The position numbers were made by a program, and so were the translations under genes. 64,000 bases of DNA from Octopus sinensis (Eukaryota), in assembly GCF_006345805.1 (NCBI RefSeq), contig NC_043002.1, positions 91,698,001 to 91,762,000 of the forward strand, in the 5' to 3' direction. This document shows, in pieces, positions 40,739 to 54,049 of the stretch (the stretch's first letter is position 1; each line of letters begins with the position of its first letter). Under the pieces are notes generated by a model that saw only the letters and a program-made list of their open reading frames with translations, was not told the DNA's origin and did not search any database.

Positions 40739-40949
40739 AAGTATTTACAGTTACCTGATTTAAGAGAAGGCGGGTGATTCAGATAATTACAAGGGTAACG
40801 ATTTTAGACAAAGCGCTAGCAAACACGCTGCCATATGTCACGGTGATAGTGTTGTGCGGAAGCGTATAAGCTTTTACGAAACCTGTAAGATCTTTTTCGA
40901 ACATGCTCCACTTTGTAAATTACAAACTATAAAGGTTTCAGTATATGTC

Positions 40950-41290
40950 TGGTCTTGGTGGGGCGCTGATGAATGTAAATCAACTTAATATTTAGTTCTC
41001 ATCGACCATCAGCATCTAACGGTTGTATAAAGCGTAACAAGCTGCGCTTCATGATTGATGAGAGCTCCGGCATATCCACCAGTCTTGACCAGCATGTTGT
41101 CTCTAGAATTCATTGTTCCTTCGAGAACTTCTGCCAAATTACTCTGGAACCTCAAAGCAGCCAGTTACTGTATATGTTCGTAGAAAAGCCTGAAAGTCTT
41201 GGCGAGTGAGACGTGGTATATTGACGGAGAAGACTCCTAGTTTATCAGATGAGGTTGTCAGTGACCGTGAACAGCAAGCACGCGGGTTTC
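40950..41290 (-). mobile_element. Degenerate RTE-like LINE fragment
   Basis: Minus frame ...MPELSSIMKRSLLRFIQPLDADGR*ELNIKLIY resembles I..I.K...LRW.GH..R. Confidence 0.35.
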
Positions 41291-41345
41291 AAGTACTACC
41301 GCAGTTGATGCATTACATCGCACACATACACATACACACACGCAT

Positions 41346-41394
<49 letters not shown>

Positions 41395-42109
41395 CGCACT
41401 TGTACACACATACATAAACACACACACACACAAGTTTTTATATTTCTTGCAAATCGTTGTTTTGTTACTTACACAAAAGAAGAATCGGCGATACTCGTAC
41501 TTCATACACGTACACCCATATGCACACATACACATATGCAAGTCCATACACAAATAAATAAATACATAAAACTGCAAATGGATTCGTACACAAACACACA
41601 CACACAGAGTCACACATACACATATGTCTAAATAGATAATACAAACACAAATGGATTTGCATACACACACACACACTCACACACATACACACAAGTGTAA
41701 ACAAATACATAAAAACACAACTGGATTTGCCCTCACATACACACACATGCACAAAGACACACACAAAGACACATATTCACACACTCACATACATACACAC
41801 AAGTCTAAACAAATACATACAAACATATATGGATTTGTACACTCACATACATACACACAAGTTTAAATAAATACATACAAACACAAATAGATTTGTACAA
41901 ACACATACACACGCACGCACGCAGACACACACATACACACACACATGTACAGATACACTGCATGCACGCATGCGAACACCTTTTTCCCCTCACACACGAA
42001 CAATGTTCTTTCAAAAGACATTTCCAAAGGAAGTTATTTACAACACTCCAGGGTGTTGTTACAGGATCTGATAGGGACCATTGATTGTGTTAAACGAACT
42101 AAGTATCAC

Positions 42110-43298
42110 CACCAACACCAACACCATCACCATCACCATCATCATCACTACAACGATGACGGCGAGGACGACGACGATCACCACCACCACCACCACCACC
42201 ACCACCACCACCACCACCACCACCACCACATCAACAAGAAACTATAACAATAACAACAAAAAATGATAAAAGAACAATAAAAACAAGACAACATTTATAA
42301 GGCAAAGGAGTAACTTTTGCACAGTAGTTTGCCTTAAAAAAAAGCAGCCAAATCTCCCTCAATTCATACACCACAGTCTTGTGCAAGGAATGGACGCACT
42401 GGATTATATAGTTTTACGTACAACAAGATGGTCATTTTTGGAATGTTTTGGTTCATATATCTTTCCTCAATCACACTGACTTAGTGCTAAACATCAACAT
42501 CATCATCCATCATCGTTACAAATGCTGGCACTGATATCAGAACAGCATCAACAGCAACAACAATTACATCAACACCACCACCACCAACACCACCACCACT
42601 ACAACCATCACCACCACAACCACTACCACCAACACCGTCAACACCACAGCTACAGCAATCACCACAACTACCACCACTAACATCATCACCACCATCATCA
42701 TAACCAACAGTACTACCAGTACCATAACCAACACCACCATCACCACCACCTCCGCCATCACCACCACCACCGCCGCCATCAACACCACTGCCGCCATCAC
42801 CACCACCGCCGCCATCACCACCATCGCCGCCATCACCACCACCGCCGCCATCACCACCACTAACATAACCACCACCACAGCAACAACCACAACAACAACC
42901 ATCATCATCATCATCACCACCACCACCACCACCACCACACCACCACCACCACTATCACTACCAATTCAACGAAAATATCACTGTAACCATCACCATTTCA
43001 GCAACCATTGTCACCGTGGGCGGCAGCCAACACGGTCTCACCTTCTTACACACATACATACACATGCATACAGTCATGTGAATGGTTACCAACGAAACCA
43101 TTCACACCCAAATCTGCCATTATGACCACTTCACTGGCACTACAGCCACTACAAGGGTCATCATTACCAACACATCATCACCATTACCACCATCGTCAAT
43201 ACTAAAATAATCACTACCCTCACCACCACCGCCACCACCACCTCCACCATCGCTACTACCGTTACTATACGCCATGTCACCATCATCATCATATTCAA

Positions 43299-43340
<42 letters not shown>

Positions 43341-43585
43341 GCGTCTCTTATTTGCCAACCTTACAATCGTCATTGTTGTCATCGCCAACTTTGTCGTCGC
43401 CATCGTCTTTATCATCACCATCATCATCATTGTTATCATTGTCATCATCATCTTCATCATCATCAGTGTCATCATCCTCTTTATCGTCGTCATCGTCATT
43501 GTCGTCTTCACCACCATCATCAGCATCATCATCATCATAATCATCGTCGACGTCATCATCATCATCGTCGTCGTCGTCGTCATCT
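42110..43585. repeat. (CAC)n/(CAT)n low-complexity trinucleotide region
   Basis: Direct inspection. Confidence 0.9.
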
Positions 43586-43757
43586 GATTTTTAGACAGCA
43601 GTTTTAGACCCCATTGCCACCACCAACAACAGCCCCACCACTGACACTACCACTAGCATCGCTACGCTTCACTCACACCCTGACATCTCGCTCCACAGCC
43701 AACACCACATGGACTTCACAACCTAACACCACCACCACCACCACCACCACCACCAAA

Positions 43758-44520
43758 ACCACTGCATCAATGACACCTCACATACTACCACAAACATCGC
43801 CACCACCAAAATCTCCACCACAGCCACCACCACTAACACTACCACAAACACCAACACCAGCACCACCACCACAACCACTGCATCAATGACACCACACATA
43901 CTACCACACATACTACCACAAACATCGCCACCACCAAAATCTCCACCACAGCCACACCACTAACACTACCACAAACACCAACACCAGCACCACCACCACA
44001 ACCACTGCATCAATGACACCACACATACTACCACACATACTACCACAAACATCGCCACCACCAAAATCTCCACCACAGCCACCACCACTAACACTACCAC
44101 AAACACCAACACCAGCACCACCACCACAACCACTGCATCAATGACACCACACATACTACCACACATACTACCACAAACATCGCCACCACCAAAATCTCCA
44201 CCACAGCCACCACCACTAACACTACCACAAACACCAACACCAGCACCACCACCACAACCACTGCATCAATGACACCACACATACTACCACACATACTACC
44301 ACAAACATCGCCACCACCAAAATCTCCACCACAGCCACCACCACTAACACTACCACAAACACCAACACCAGCACCACCACCACAACCACTGCATCAATGA
44401 CACCACACATACTACCACACATACTACCACAAACATCGCCACCACCATCACCAATACTCCCACCACAACCACCACCACTAACACTACCACTATCACAAAC
44501 ACCAACACCAGCACTACCAC
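43758..44520. repeat. 128-bp CA-rich tandem minisatellite (about 6 units)
   Basis: ACCACTGCATCAATGACA starts at 43758, 43874, 44001, 44129, 44257 and 44385. Confidence 0.9.
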
Positions 44521-45129
44521 CACCAACAACATTGTCACCACCACAAACATCGCAAACTCCACCACCACAACCATCACCACTACCACCACCACCACCACCA
44601 CCACCACAAACGCCAACACCACCATCACCAGTACAGTCAACAACATTTTATCACCGTCGACTTCGTTGTTATTCGTGATCTCATTCTACTAACATGATTA
44701 CTTGCTTTCCTGGCGGCCATTTTTGATATTTGCATTCCCGATTTTTCCCCAACTTATTCCTTTCTCTATTTGTTTTATTTATATTTTCATGGCAGATTTG
44801 TACGTATGCGTTTTAGAAATGAGTAAACTGGAAACGAAACACAAAATGAGAAACTGAGAAACAGAGAGAGTGGAGAGTAAAGGTAGTTGATAAGAGTAAA
44901 AAAGAAAAAAAGATGGAGGGTGAAACAGAAAGAGGAAAATATGGCGGCGAATAAAGATGAAGTAGTTGATGTTTAAGGGATTCATTTTATCCCATTTTTG
45001 AGGAATGCCTGATCGATAGAAGGCACGCGCGTGCACACTTACACAAGCACAATCGGTTTTGTACCCGCGTACATACACATTAATAGATAAATGCATACAC
45101 ACATACAAAACACGCACACTTGTATATAT

Positions 45130-45579
45130 GTATGCATGTCCGTACGTACGTACGTACGTATGTATGTATGTATGTATGTATGTATGTATGTATGTATGTA
45201 TGTATGTATGTATGTATTTATGTATGTATGTATGTAAGTAGTATGTATGTATGTATTTATGTATGTATGCAAGTATGTAAGTATGTATTTATGTATGTAT
45301 GTATGTATGTATGTATGTGTGTATGTATGTATGTATTTATGCATGTATGTATGAATGTATGTATGTATGTATGTATGTATGTATGTATGTATGTATGTAT
45401 GTATGTATGTATGTACGAATGTACGTATATATATGCTTGTGTTATTGTACGTGTATGTGTATGCAGAAATACAGAAATACACTTAACGCTTAAACATATT
45501 TTTATATTTTTTATGCATGCGTTAATTTTTTCATTGGGTATGTCTACGAGTGCATGTGTGTGAACGTATATATATATAA

Positions 45580-45614
<35 letters not shown>

Positions 45615-45637
45615 ATTTACATATATATATATACATA

Positions 45638-45670
<33 letters not shown>

Positions 45671-45757
45671 ATATATATATTACACATACTCATATATGCG
45701 AGTGTATATATTTTTATATTTATATTTGTATATTTGTATATACATGTATACATACGT

Positions 45758-45821
<64 letters not shown>

Positions 45822-45910
45822 GTGTATGTATACATGTATATACAAATATAAAAATATAAATATAAAAATATATACACTCGCATATGTGTGTATGTATATA
45901 TATATATATA

Positions 45911-45986
<76 letters not shown>

Positions 45987-46857
45987 ATACACACGCATCG
46001 TATGTTTGCATATGTGTGTGTGCGTATATATACAAATACATGTATGTTTACACACTCACATACACATACCCATACACATACACACAACACATGCACACAC
46101 ACACACGCACACACCTGTGTGCGTGTTCTGCGTTCATAAGTAATGCGTACATGCATGGATATAATTTTCTGAGTATGTTTTTGCCACCGCTTGCGCTCGT
46201 ATATATTTAGCCATGCCTATATGTATGCATGCATGTAAGTATGTATGTATGTATGTATGTATTCTTACGAGTTTATGGTAGTCACGGTGAGTTCTTGTAT
46301 TTATGTTAAGTGTTTGTATTGGAGAGATTTAAGAAGGCTGTCGATAAAGTGGGCTGGCGTGAAGAACATAAATGATATCAGATGAATAAGAATTATTACT
46401 GTATCTTCTTGTATGGACTAGGAAAATTCATTCATTCATCCATTTATAAATGTATGTGTGTATACATACGTGCATATATATCTACATGAAGACACACACA
46501 CATATATATATATGTAAGTATGCACGTGCGCGTGTATGCATATGTGTGTGTGTGTGTGTGTGTGTCTGTGCACACATGTATGTATATGTGTATTTGCACA
46601 TATATATGTATCTATCTATGCATATGCATGTATATAAGTATATATACTTATGTATATGTATATATCTATATATATTTATATATGTATGTATACATGTATA
46701 TATATATTCTTGTTCTTACAAGCATGCAGACACACACACACATATTTGTACATGTATTCAACATGCATGCATATACGCATATATTTATAAATGAATCAAT
46801 AAATATATATACATACATGCAAGCATGCATTCATGCATACATGTATACATGCCTACC

Positions 46858-46930
<73 letters not shown>
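45130..46930. repeat. Compound (TATG)n/(TA)n/(CA)n microsatellite field
   Basis: Direct inspection. Confidence 0.9.
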
Positions 46931-47754
46931 GTAAAAACCATCAAGATGTCACTCTTTGGTGCCCTTTAGCGGAGGTTCATTCGGTTGTATTCATTCTGTC
47001 CAGGTTTCCGGTGTGGGAATAACTTTTCTCACTTCCTCCAAGCAATCGTGAAAGCCCTGTAAATAACAGTACAACACTACACTTCCTTACCAAAGCAGAC
47101 TGTTATAGAAAAACAGATAAATTTTAAGTAAAAACACACATCTTTACAGCAGATTATGGCTTTCTGTGACTGATGGTTTCTTCGATCTATGTTGCTTTTG
47201 TTTTTTTCTTATTTTTACTATATATATTTATATATGTGTATGTGTGTGTGTGTATGTATGTATATATATATATGTACGTATATATATTTATTTATTTATA
47301 TTCATATGTATATATTTCTTTACCAACTATTTCGTTACTGTTCTACCGGTATAGGATTACTTCACGCAACCTTAGGTGCATAGCACCTTTGTTATGACCC
47401 TTGCAGTAACAACTACACAAGCTTTCTGTTGAATCAGGAAATTCACCTTGATATCCAACATCCTTAACCAACCATTTAATCTCCTCTTGCAACTAATTCC
47501 TAAGGCCTCCATTGCAGTTCTCTTAATGATAACTTTACGGCTATCCCAAATTCTTCGAAAATTGCATTAGTTGTCTTGGTATTTTTCATTTTTTTTCTCT
47601 AGCGCTCTTTGAGAATCACACTTGTAACATTGATTAAGCTGCACATTTTACTCTTCATTGTGTTTGGCATTATCGAGTGCGGGTGAGGGTGATTCTCTAA
47701 TTTGTGTATTCGTTTGAAATTTGGTATACCCATAATACATAGTGCTTTTCGAGT

Positions 47755-48060
47755 GGAGGCGCAATGGCCCAGTGGTTAGGGCAGCGGACTCGCGGTCGTA
47801 GGATCGCGGTTTCGATTCCCAGACCGGGCGTTGTGAGTGTTTATTGAGCGAAAACACCTAAAAGTACTTCTTGTTTCTGTTGTACCTGTATTTCAAAGGG
47901 CCGGCCTTGTCACTCTCTGTGTCACGCTGAATATTCCCGAGAACTACGTTAAGGGTACACGTGTCTGTGGAGTGCTCAGCCACTTACACGTTAATTTCAC
48001 GAGCAGGCTGTTCCGTTGATCGGATCAACTGGAACCCTCGTCGTCGTAACCGACGGAGTG
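47755..48060 (+). mobile_element. tRNA-derived SINE: family A head with alternative body
   Basis: The first ~105 bp match family A; the remainder matches 14136-14310 (reverse complement). Confidence 0.85.
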
Positions 48061-48384
48061 CTTCCCAGTGCTTTTCGAGAATGTATTTTGGTTTATGGTC
48101 ATACTATTTTTCCATACTTTCAAATCTATACTGTTCTTTGTAAATTTACCAATGTTAGATTGTACTAACTTTGTCAAATCTCCAGTTCTTATAGATCCTT
48201 TGAGTAAGCATTTTACATTCAGAGTGTGAGTGTATGAGGCTCCTATAAAATTGTAAGGGGTTACTCAGGCACTCAACTAAGTTAATCGGTTATTCCTTTG
48301 TCATCTCTTTTCTTATTACCTCTCTGTACCCGACTAACGCTTCGTTCAGAAGCATACCTATATTTAGTTCTACACCAGGTTATA

Positions 48385-48715
48385 TCAATTATTGGTTCCT
48401 TTATCATTTTGATAGAAAATAAGCTGTGAAGTTCTCACATTCTCTCGATTTTACTGAGATTCAGACCACTTCATAGTTCCAACAGATAAAATGGAAATGG
48501 CGTTGCCCCGGAGGAGAGCGAGGAAGATGCAGTAGAACAGCTATTCTGACTCTCAGGGCTCGCACTTGTGGTTAGCAGCCTCCGCCTCGTTAGCGGTGAG
48601 CAGGGATATGGTCCGGGGGCCAAGAACGCCGGAGGTCTCCATTGCCTCCACAGGCGCGACCATAAACCTGTCAGAGAGCGACTGATACTTTGACAAAATG
48701 CGCAACTCCGTCTTC
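48385..48715 (-). mobile_element. CRE-like RLE non-LTR retrotransposon 3' end
   Basis: Minus frame SKYQSLSDRFMVAPVEAMETSGVLGPRTISLL...EP*ESE*LFYCIFLALLRGNAISI matches KY..L...F.P.A.ET.G..G...QR.S.A..RGNA. Confidence 0.7.
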
Positions 48716-48719
48716 TCTT

Positions 48720-50150
48720 TCACTACACATTCTACATTCGTCTTTCCAATGTATTTCTTCTGACTGATTGATTCTTCGCTGCTAGAATCAAGCCTTCTGC
48801 CTCTTTTCTTTTCCCTTTTTTTTTTTAACGTTCACTTCTTTAGCCATTGAAGTTATTTCTGATCTCGATACCTTTCAGTAATTTGATATAAACTTTGCTC
48901 TTCTCGTTGCTTTCTGACTCCGAAAATTTCAGTTAGTTCCCTTTTTTTTTTCTTCACTAGACTTATCCAGATCTCTTATTGCTATTTAAAGCATCTCTTT
49001 GCGGTCAGTGATTCCCTTAAAACTTGCTACTTTTGCTTTCACACAGTATTTCCGTACTGTTTAACCCCTTTTCCTTTATACTTTCATCATCTAGTGTGAA
49101 TTTCTCCAACACATCGGCTTTCTTTTCATTAGGGAGTCGACTGTGCTCCTCTACGAGTGAATAGATCTTATTTCCAAACATACTTGTAGTATATTTGCTT
49201 ACTAGATTTGACAAACTAGTTATCAGTCTTCTGTATGAGACCTCAGCACTTCTCTGCTTGTGTTTCGTAACTAGCAGTATCGCCCGGCGTTGCTCGGGTT
49301 TGTAAGGAAAATAACTATAAAGCATTTTTAGAGAGTTATAGCCAAAAAATAGCAAAAAAATGGGGAAAAAAATGATGGTAAATTTTTTTTTGATAGTTAA
49401 AAAGGTCGAGTTGCGTCCCCTAGACAGTCTGTGGCTTGTGTTTCTGATTGTCGACCCCATGTCGAATTTATCGATCTTTTTCAGAACTGGGGGAACTTTT
49501 CAAAATTTTCGCTGCGTTAGTTTTGAATTATGACATTGGGCTATGTGTGTGTCAAGTTTCATCAGAATCGGTTGAAAGCCGTGGTCAGAGTGAGGGTACA
49601 ACCAAACAGACACACAGAAACACACACAGACAAACTGCCGTTTATATAGAGAGAGATAAAGGTTATCTTCCCCTTGGTCAGCCATTTTGGGATACTTCTA
49701 CTCCAGAATCTTCTGCTGACTTTGAAGCAACATGTTTTAATGAAACTCTTCTATTTCTGTCCTCATGCCGTTTTATGCTAGCTACATTTCTTATCACTCT
49801 TTCCTTCAGTTCTATTACAACGTTCCTAATTTTTTTCCCCTTCACCTTTAATTTCCTTCCTAATATTTTCATGAGTCTTATTTAGTATTCTTTTGAGGTG
49901 TTGTAGATGACTCGTGTCCTGTCTCAAACTTTCGATACGCTATTCTATCATATTTCTCCAAAAAGCTATTTTGTCTGTCCGTTCTCGGTTTGCCTATCTT
50001 ATAGCCAATCTATTTTCTTCTGTTTTTTGGGGGGTTTTTTTGTTGCAAACAGTCCTGCAACAGCCTGCCATTTGTTGTTGCTTATTATTGAAGACGTCGT
50101 TCTGTATTTAACATTATGATTCTGTAGATTGCAGATGTGTGTAGCGGGGA
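48720..50150 (-). mobile_element. Decayed R4/Dong-like LINE ORF, interrupted by a Helitron-like element at 49268-49657
   Basis: Minus frames FWRNMIE*RIESLRQDTSHL, KLKVKGKKIRNVVIELKERVIRNVASIKRHEDR and KEAEGLILAAKNQSVR match R4/Dong motifs WWKRRIE, K.KG...VIEELKQR and KETEGLI.AAQ.Q.LR. Confidence 0.6.
49268..49657 (+). mobile_element. Non-autonomous Helitron/Helentron-like element, complete
   Basis: 5' TAACTAGCAGTATCGCCCGGCGTTGCTCGGG and 3' CACACAGACAAACTGCCGTTTATATAGAGAGAGAT. The 3' half matches 1-215. Confidence 0.75.
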
Positions 50151-50163
50151 TTTGTACTGTCTG

Positions 50164-50233
<70 letters not shown>

Positions 50234-50235
50234 GA

Positions 50236-50660
50236 AGGCGGCGAGATTTCAGAATTGTTAGAATGCTGGACGAAATGCTTAACGAAATTTCGTCTGCTTA
50301 TTACTTCCTGAGTTCAAATTCCGCCGAGGTTGACCTTACCTTTCATCCTTTTGGGGTCGATAAATTAAGTACCAGTAAAGCACTGGAATCGTGTGCCGTT
50401 AGTGAAAAGGATTATTACTACTATTATTAAGGGGGCGAACTGGCAGAATTGTTAGTACGCCGGACAAAAAGCTTCCCAGCATTTCGTCCGTCCTTAGGTT
50501 CTGGGTTCATATTCCGCCGAGCTTGGCTTTACTTTTCATCCTTTCGAGGTCGATAAAATAAGTAGCAGTTGAGTATTGGGGTCGTTGTAATCAACTATCC
50601 CCCGCCTCCAATTTTCGGGTCTTGTGCCTTTAGTAGAAAGGATTATTATTATTATTATTA

Positions 50661-50696
<36 letters not shown>

Positions 50697-50918
50697 TATT
50701 ATTATATTATTATGCTTAGTGGTATTTCGTCTGCCTTTCTTTTATTGGTACAAGGGGCTAGTCGAGTACATCGATCCTAGTAGAAAGCTGATAATTATTT
50801 CATCGACCCTGAAAGGATGAAAGGCACAGCCGACCGTAGTGTAATTTGAGCTCAGAACACAAAGACGGATGAAATGCTTCTAGGCCTTCTGCCCGGCGTG
50901 CTAACGATTCTGTCAGCA
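50236..50918. mobile_element. Cluster of three SINE family C copies (50236-50415 +, 50430-50640 +, 50750-50918 -)
   Basis: Repeated heads and central domains separated by (ATT)n. Confidence 0.75.
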
Positions 50919-51616
50919 AAAACTAGCAACGAAATATCTCTCAGGTCACACCTTTCCGTCTTAAACACGGAGAAAATGTTTCAGAAGAGAAAAATCAGGA
51001 TTGTCAAAGATGAAAAAATTCTTTTCATCATGAATCTACAATGAGGTTTGAGTGCGAAAACATATCCTGTATATTCAAATGATTAAAATATCTCACAATT
51101 TTGTTTCCAACACTTCTTAATCTTTGAGCAGCAGAGTTGTCCCGTATTCTTATCAAACTGTAATATTTTCTTTTCTACAGAAATCTACCCCAATACTTTA
51201 AAACATTCCAGTGTGCAACATTTCGAACTACTTATCTTCCTAGTAATCATCTGTACCACTCTCATAGACACATATCTACTGAACGACTGCCATCACGTGT
51301 CACTCAACAGTAGTTTTTATTCATTGAGAAATTCAGCGAAATCAACGTTGTGGCATTTGATATCAACAACAGATTCAACTGTATCTGACATGAGATTCTT
51401 CTAGATAAGCTTCCCACATTTTTTTCATTTTAAAGACATGCTTGCTATTATTTTAACAATGTTACAAATATTACCGCTCTTCACTTTCCCAACTCCTACA
51501 TACTTACGTCATTCACTTGTCAAACGTACACTGCTTCCAGACACACACCCAGAACATTATTCAATGGTCTTGGCTCCTTCAACAGCACACTGGCACTTTG
51601 TACTGATACTCCCACT

Positions 51617-52385
51617 GACATATTATAAAAACAAAGCTGCTCTTCAATCTCTCTACTCTTTCACAATACAAATAAACCTATGAAAGCTACAACGTATGCA
51701 ATACTTCATATTCTCTGATTATCTCCCGTTGCTTACTCGTATTCATAACAGTACAACTTTCGTCTCTTACACTAAACCTCTACAACAGATCATACTTTAG
51801 CCGGAAACAGTATCTGGCTTTCTACAAAATTTAAGAGCCATTCACGATGAATTGGTACTCCAACATCTGCTACGCACATAAAACAACCTTGATTGCATTC
51901 AAAAGAAAGAAATGTGATTGACATGGGAAAAACCTTGCTGACACTTCCACTGACATATTATGAAAACAATATAAACAACCTCGATTACATTCCAACATAA
52001 AATAGACTCGATTACATTCAAAAGAAAGAAATCCGATTGACTTGCAAAATCTTGGCAGCACTGATTGACATATTATGGAAACAAAGTTGCACTTTATTCT
52101 CTCTACACTTTCACAATAATACAAGTAAACCTATGAAAGCTATAACGTATGCTAAGTTTCAGATTCTCTGATTATCTCTCGTAGGTTTCTCATATCCATG
52201 ACGGTACAGCTTGCGTCTCTAACACTAAACCTCTACTACAAGATCACACTTTAGCCGGAAACAATTTCTGGCTTTCTACAAAATTTAAGAACGATCCGCG
52301 ATGAAATATATGCTATGCGTATAAAACAACCTTGACCCCATTGAAAGGAAAGAACTGCGATTGGAAAAACCTTGCCAACATGCTG
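51617..52385. repeat. Diverged ~450-bp tandem duplication
   Basis: TGACATATTA...CTCTAC..TTTCACAATA...CCTATGAAAGCTA...CACTAAACCTCTAC...TTTAGCCGGAAACA...GGCTTTCTACAAAATTTAAGA at 51617 and again at 52067. Confidence 0.8.
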
Positions 52386-52502
52386 AAGCCCAGAGTTGCG
52401 ATGATTTCTCACTCTATTCTATACACTCAACAATACCAAGGTGCATATTGCATCCGCTCTTGCCCAAACAAATCCCTCCACACTTTATTTTATTTTTTAT
52501 CT

Positions 52503-52972
52503 CTTACTTGTTTCACTCATTAAACTGCGCCCATGCTGAAGCACCACCTCGAAGAACTTAATCAAATGGATCAACTCATGTACTTATTTTTTTAAAGGCT
52601 GGTACTTTTTCTATCGAGTTCTTTTGTCGATCTGCTAAGTTACGGGGCCGTAAACACACCAACACCGCTTATCAAGCGGTGGAGGTGGAGACGAACACAA
52701 ACACATACCTAAGGCTGTGACCATGCTGGGGCACCGCTAGTGAAAACTAGAAGTCCTTTCTAGCGGTGACGGGACTCAAACCCGCAATCCATTGCCTCAT
52801 CCATTGCGTCACAGAGGGTTCTTTCAGTTTCTCTCTATCAAATCCACTCACAAGACTTTCGTCGGCCCTAGACTATATATTAGAAAACACTTGTCCAAAA
52901 TGTCATGCAGTAGAACGGAAACCAGAACCATGTGGTCGGAAAGCAAACTTTTAGCCGCACAGCCACCCCTGC
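52503..52972 (-). mobile_element. SINE family B, diverged and interrupted
   Basis: Homologous segments of family B on the minus strand. Confidence 0.65.
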
Positions 52973-53394
52973 GCCGGATCTTTACTTTTTACCCGGCAGT
53001 CTTATGGAATACACTTCTTGTAAACATTTTAGCGGCGGACGTTAACTAACAGATGTCACTTAATACGTTTCATTCAAATTATTTTCTTTTTTTGTTAGTT
53101 ACAAAATAATACAAGTACACCTATGAAAACTCTCAAGGACCGAGAGTTTCGTGTCATGAACAAAACTCTAAGCACTCGAGTCAGTTTTGTAATTTCTTCC
53201 TAATATATGTGTGTGCTTGTATATGTGTGTGCATGTGTATGTGTCTTTGTGTGTGTGTGTGTGTGTATTGTTAATGTTTATAGTCAAGTTATAATAAGCA
53301 GTTTAACATTAAACTAAAGAATTACTGATATTTCTTTTAAGATACATATTCATTAAACTTTGAAGTCACTGCCCCTTCTTGTAAAAGTTATATG

Positions 53395-53455
<61 letters not shown>

Positions 53456-53759
53456 ATATATATACATATATATATATATTCTCTCCCTTCTGTTTGTTGT
53501 TTGCACACCTGTCTTCGACTTTTGCTTTTTTGTAAATTGTCATTATATATATACGAGTGAGTGGATAAACGAAAACAAGCACTGAATCAATTTATTGGAG
53601 TAATCTTGAGTTTGAAGCGCGATGCTAGTCGCCAGCCATTTTGACTTCAAAATGGCAGACGACTAGCATCGCGCTTGAAACACTAGAGTACCAACGAATA
53701 TGAATCTGACAGTTTTGATCCATACATACATATATATATAATATAAATGACATATATAT

Positions 53760-53962
53760 TGCCATGATAGATCGTTAGCCACAACACACATATTTTTCTC
53801 TCCTTTTTTCTCTCATTGATTTTTTTTCTGTATCCCTTTCTGTAGAAGAGCGGAGGCTCGAAACGTAAAAGACTTTTTCTATTCCTGAGCGTTATACTAA
53901 TACATCTGTTTGTTTTGTACACCACCTGTCTTCGTCTTTCGATCTTTCGTAAACTCTCCCAA
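53760..53962 (+). mobile_element. Penelope-like pseudo-LTR fragment with degenerate minimal hammerhead, flanked by (TA)n
   Basis: CTTT-CTGTAGA-A-GAGC-GGAG-GCTC-GAAACGTA-AAAG at 53836-53871. The 3' segment (TGTTTGTT..GCAC/GTACACCACCTGTCTTCG) is also found at about 53480-53545. Confidence 0.55.
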
Positions 53963-53981
53963 TATAATATGCATATATGTA

Positions 53982-54022
<41 letters not shown>

Positions 54023-54049
54023 TAGATATATATATATATATATATAAAT

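Noticed and set aside
43614-44678. Mucin- or extensin-like Thr/Pro-rich ORFs
   Set aside because: The repeat period of 128 bp is not a multiple of 3, frames are broken in each unit, and no splice context is evident.
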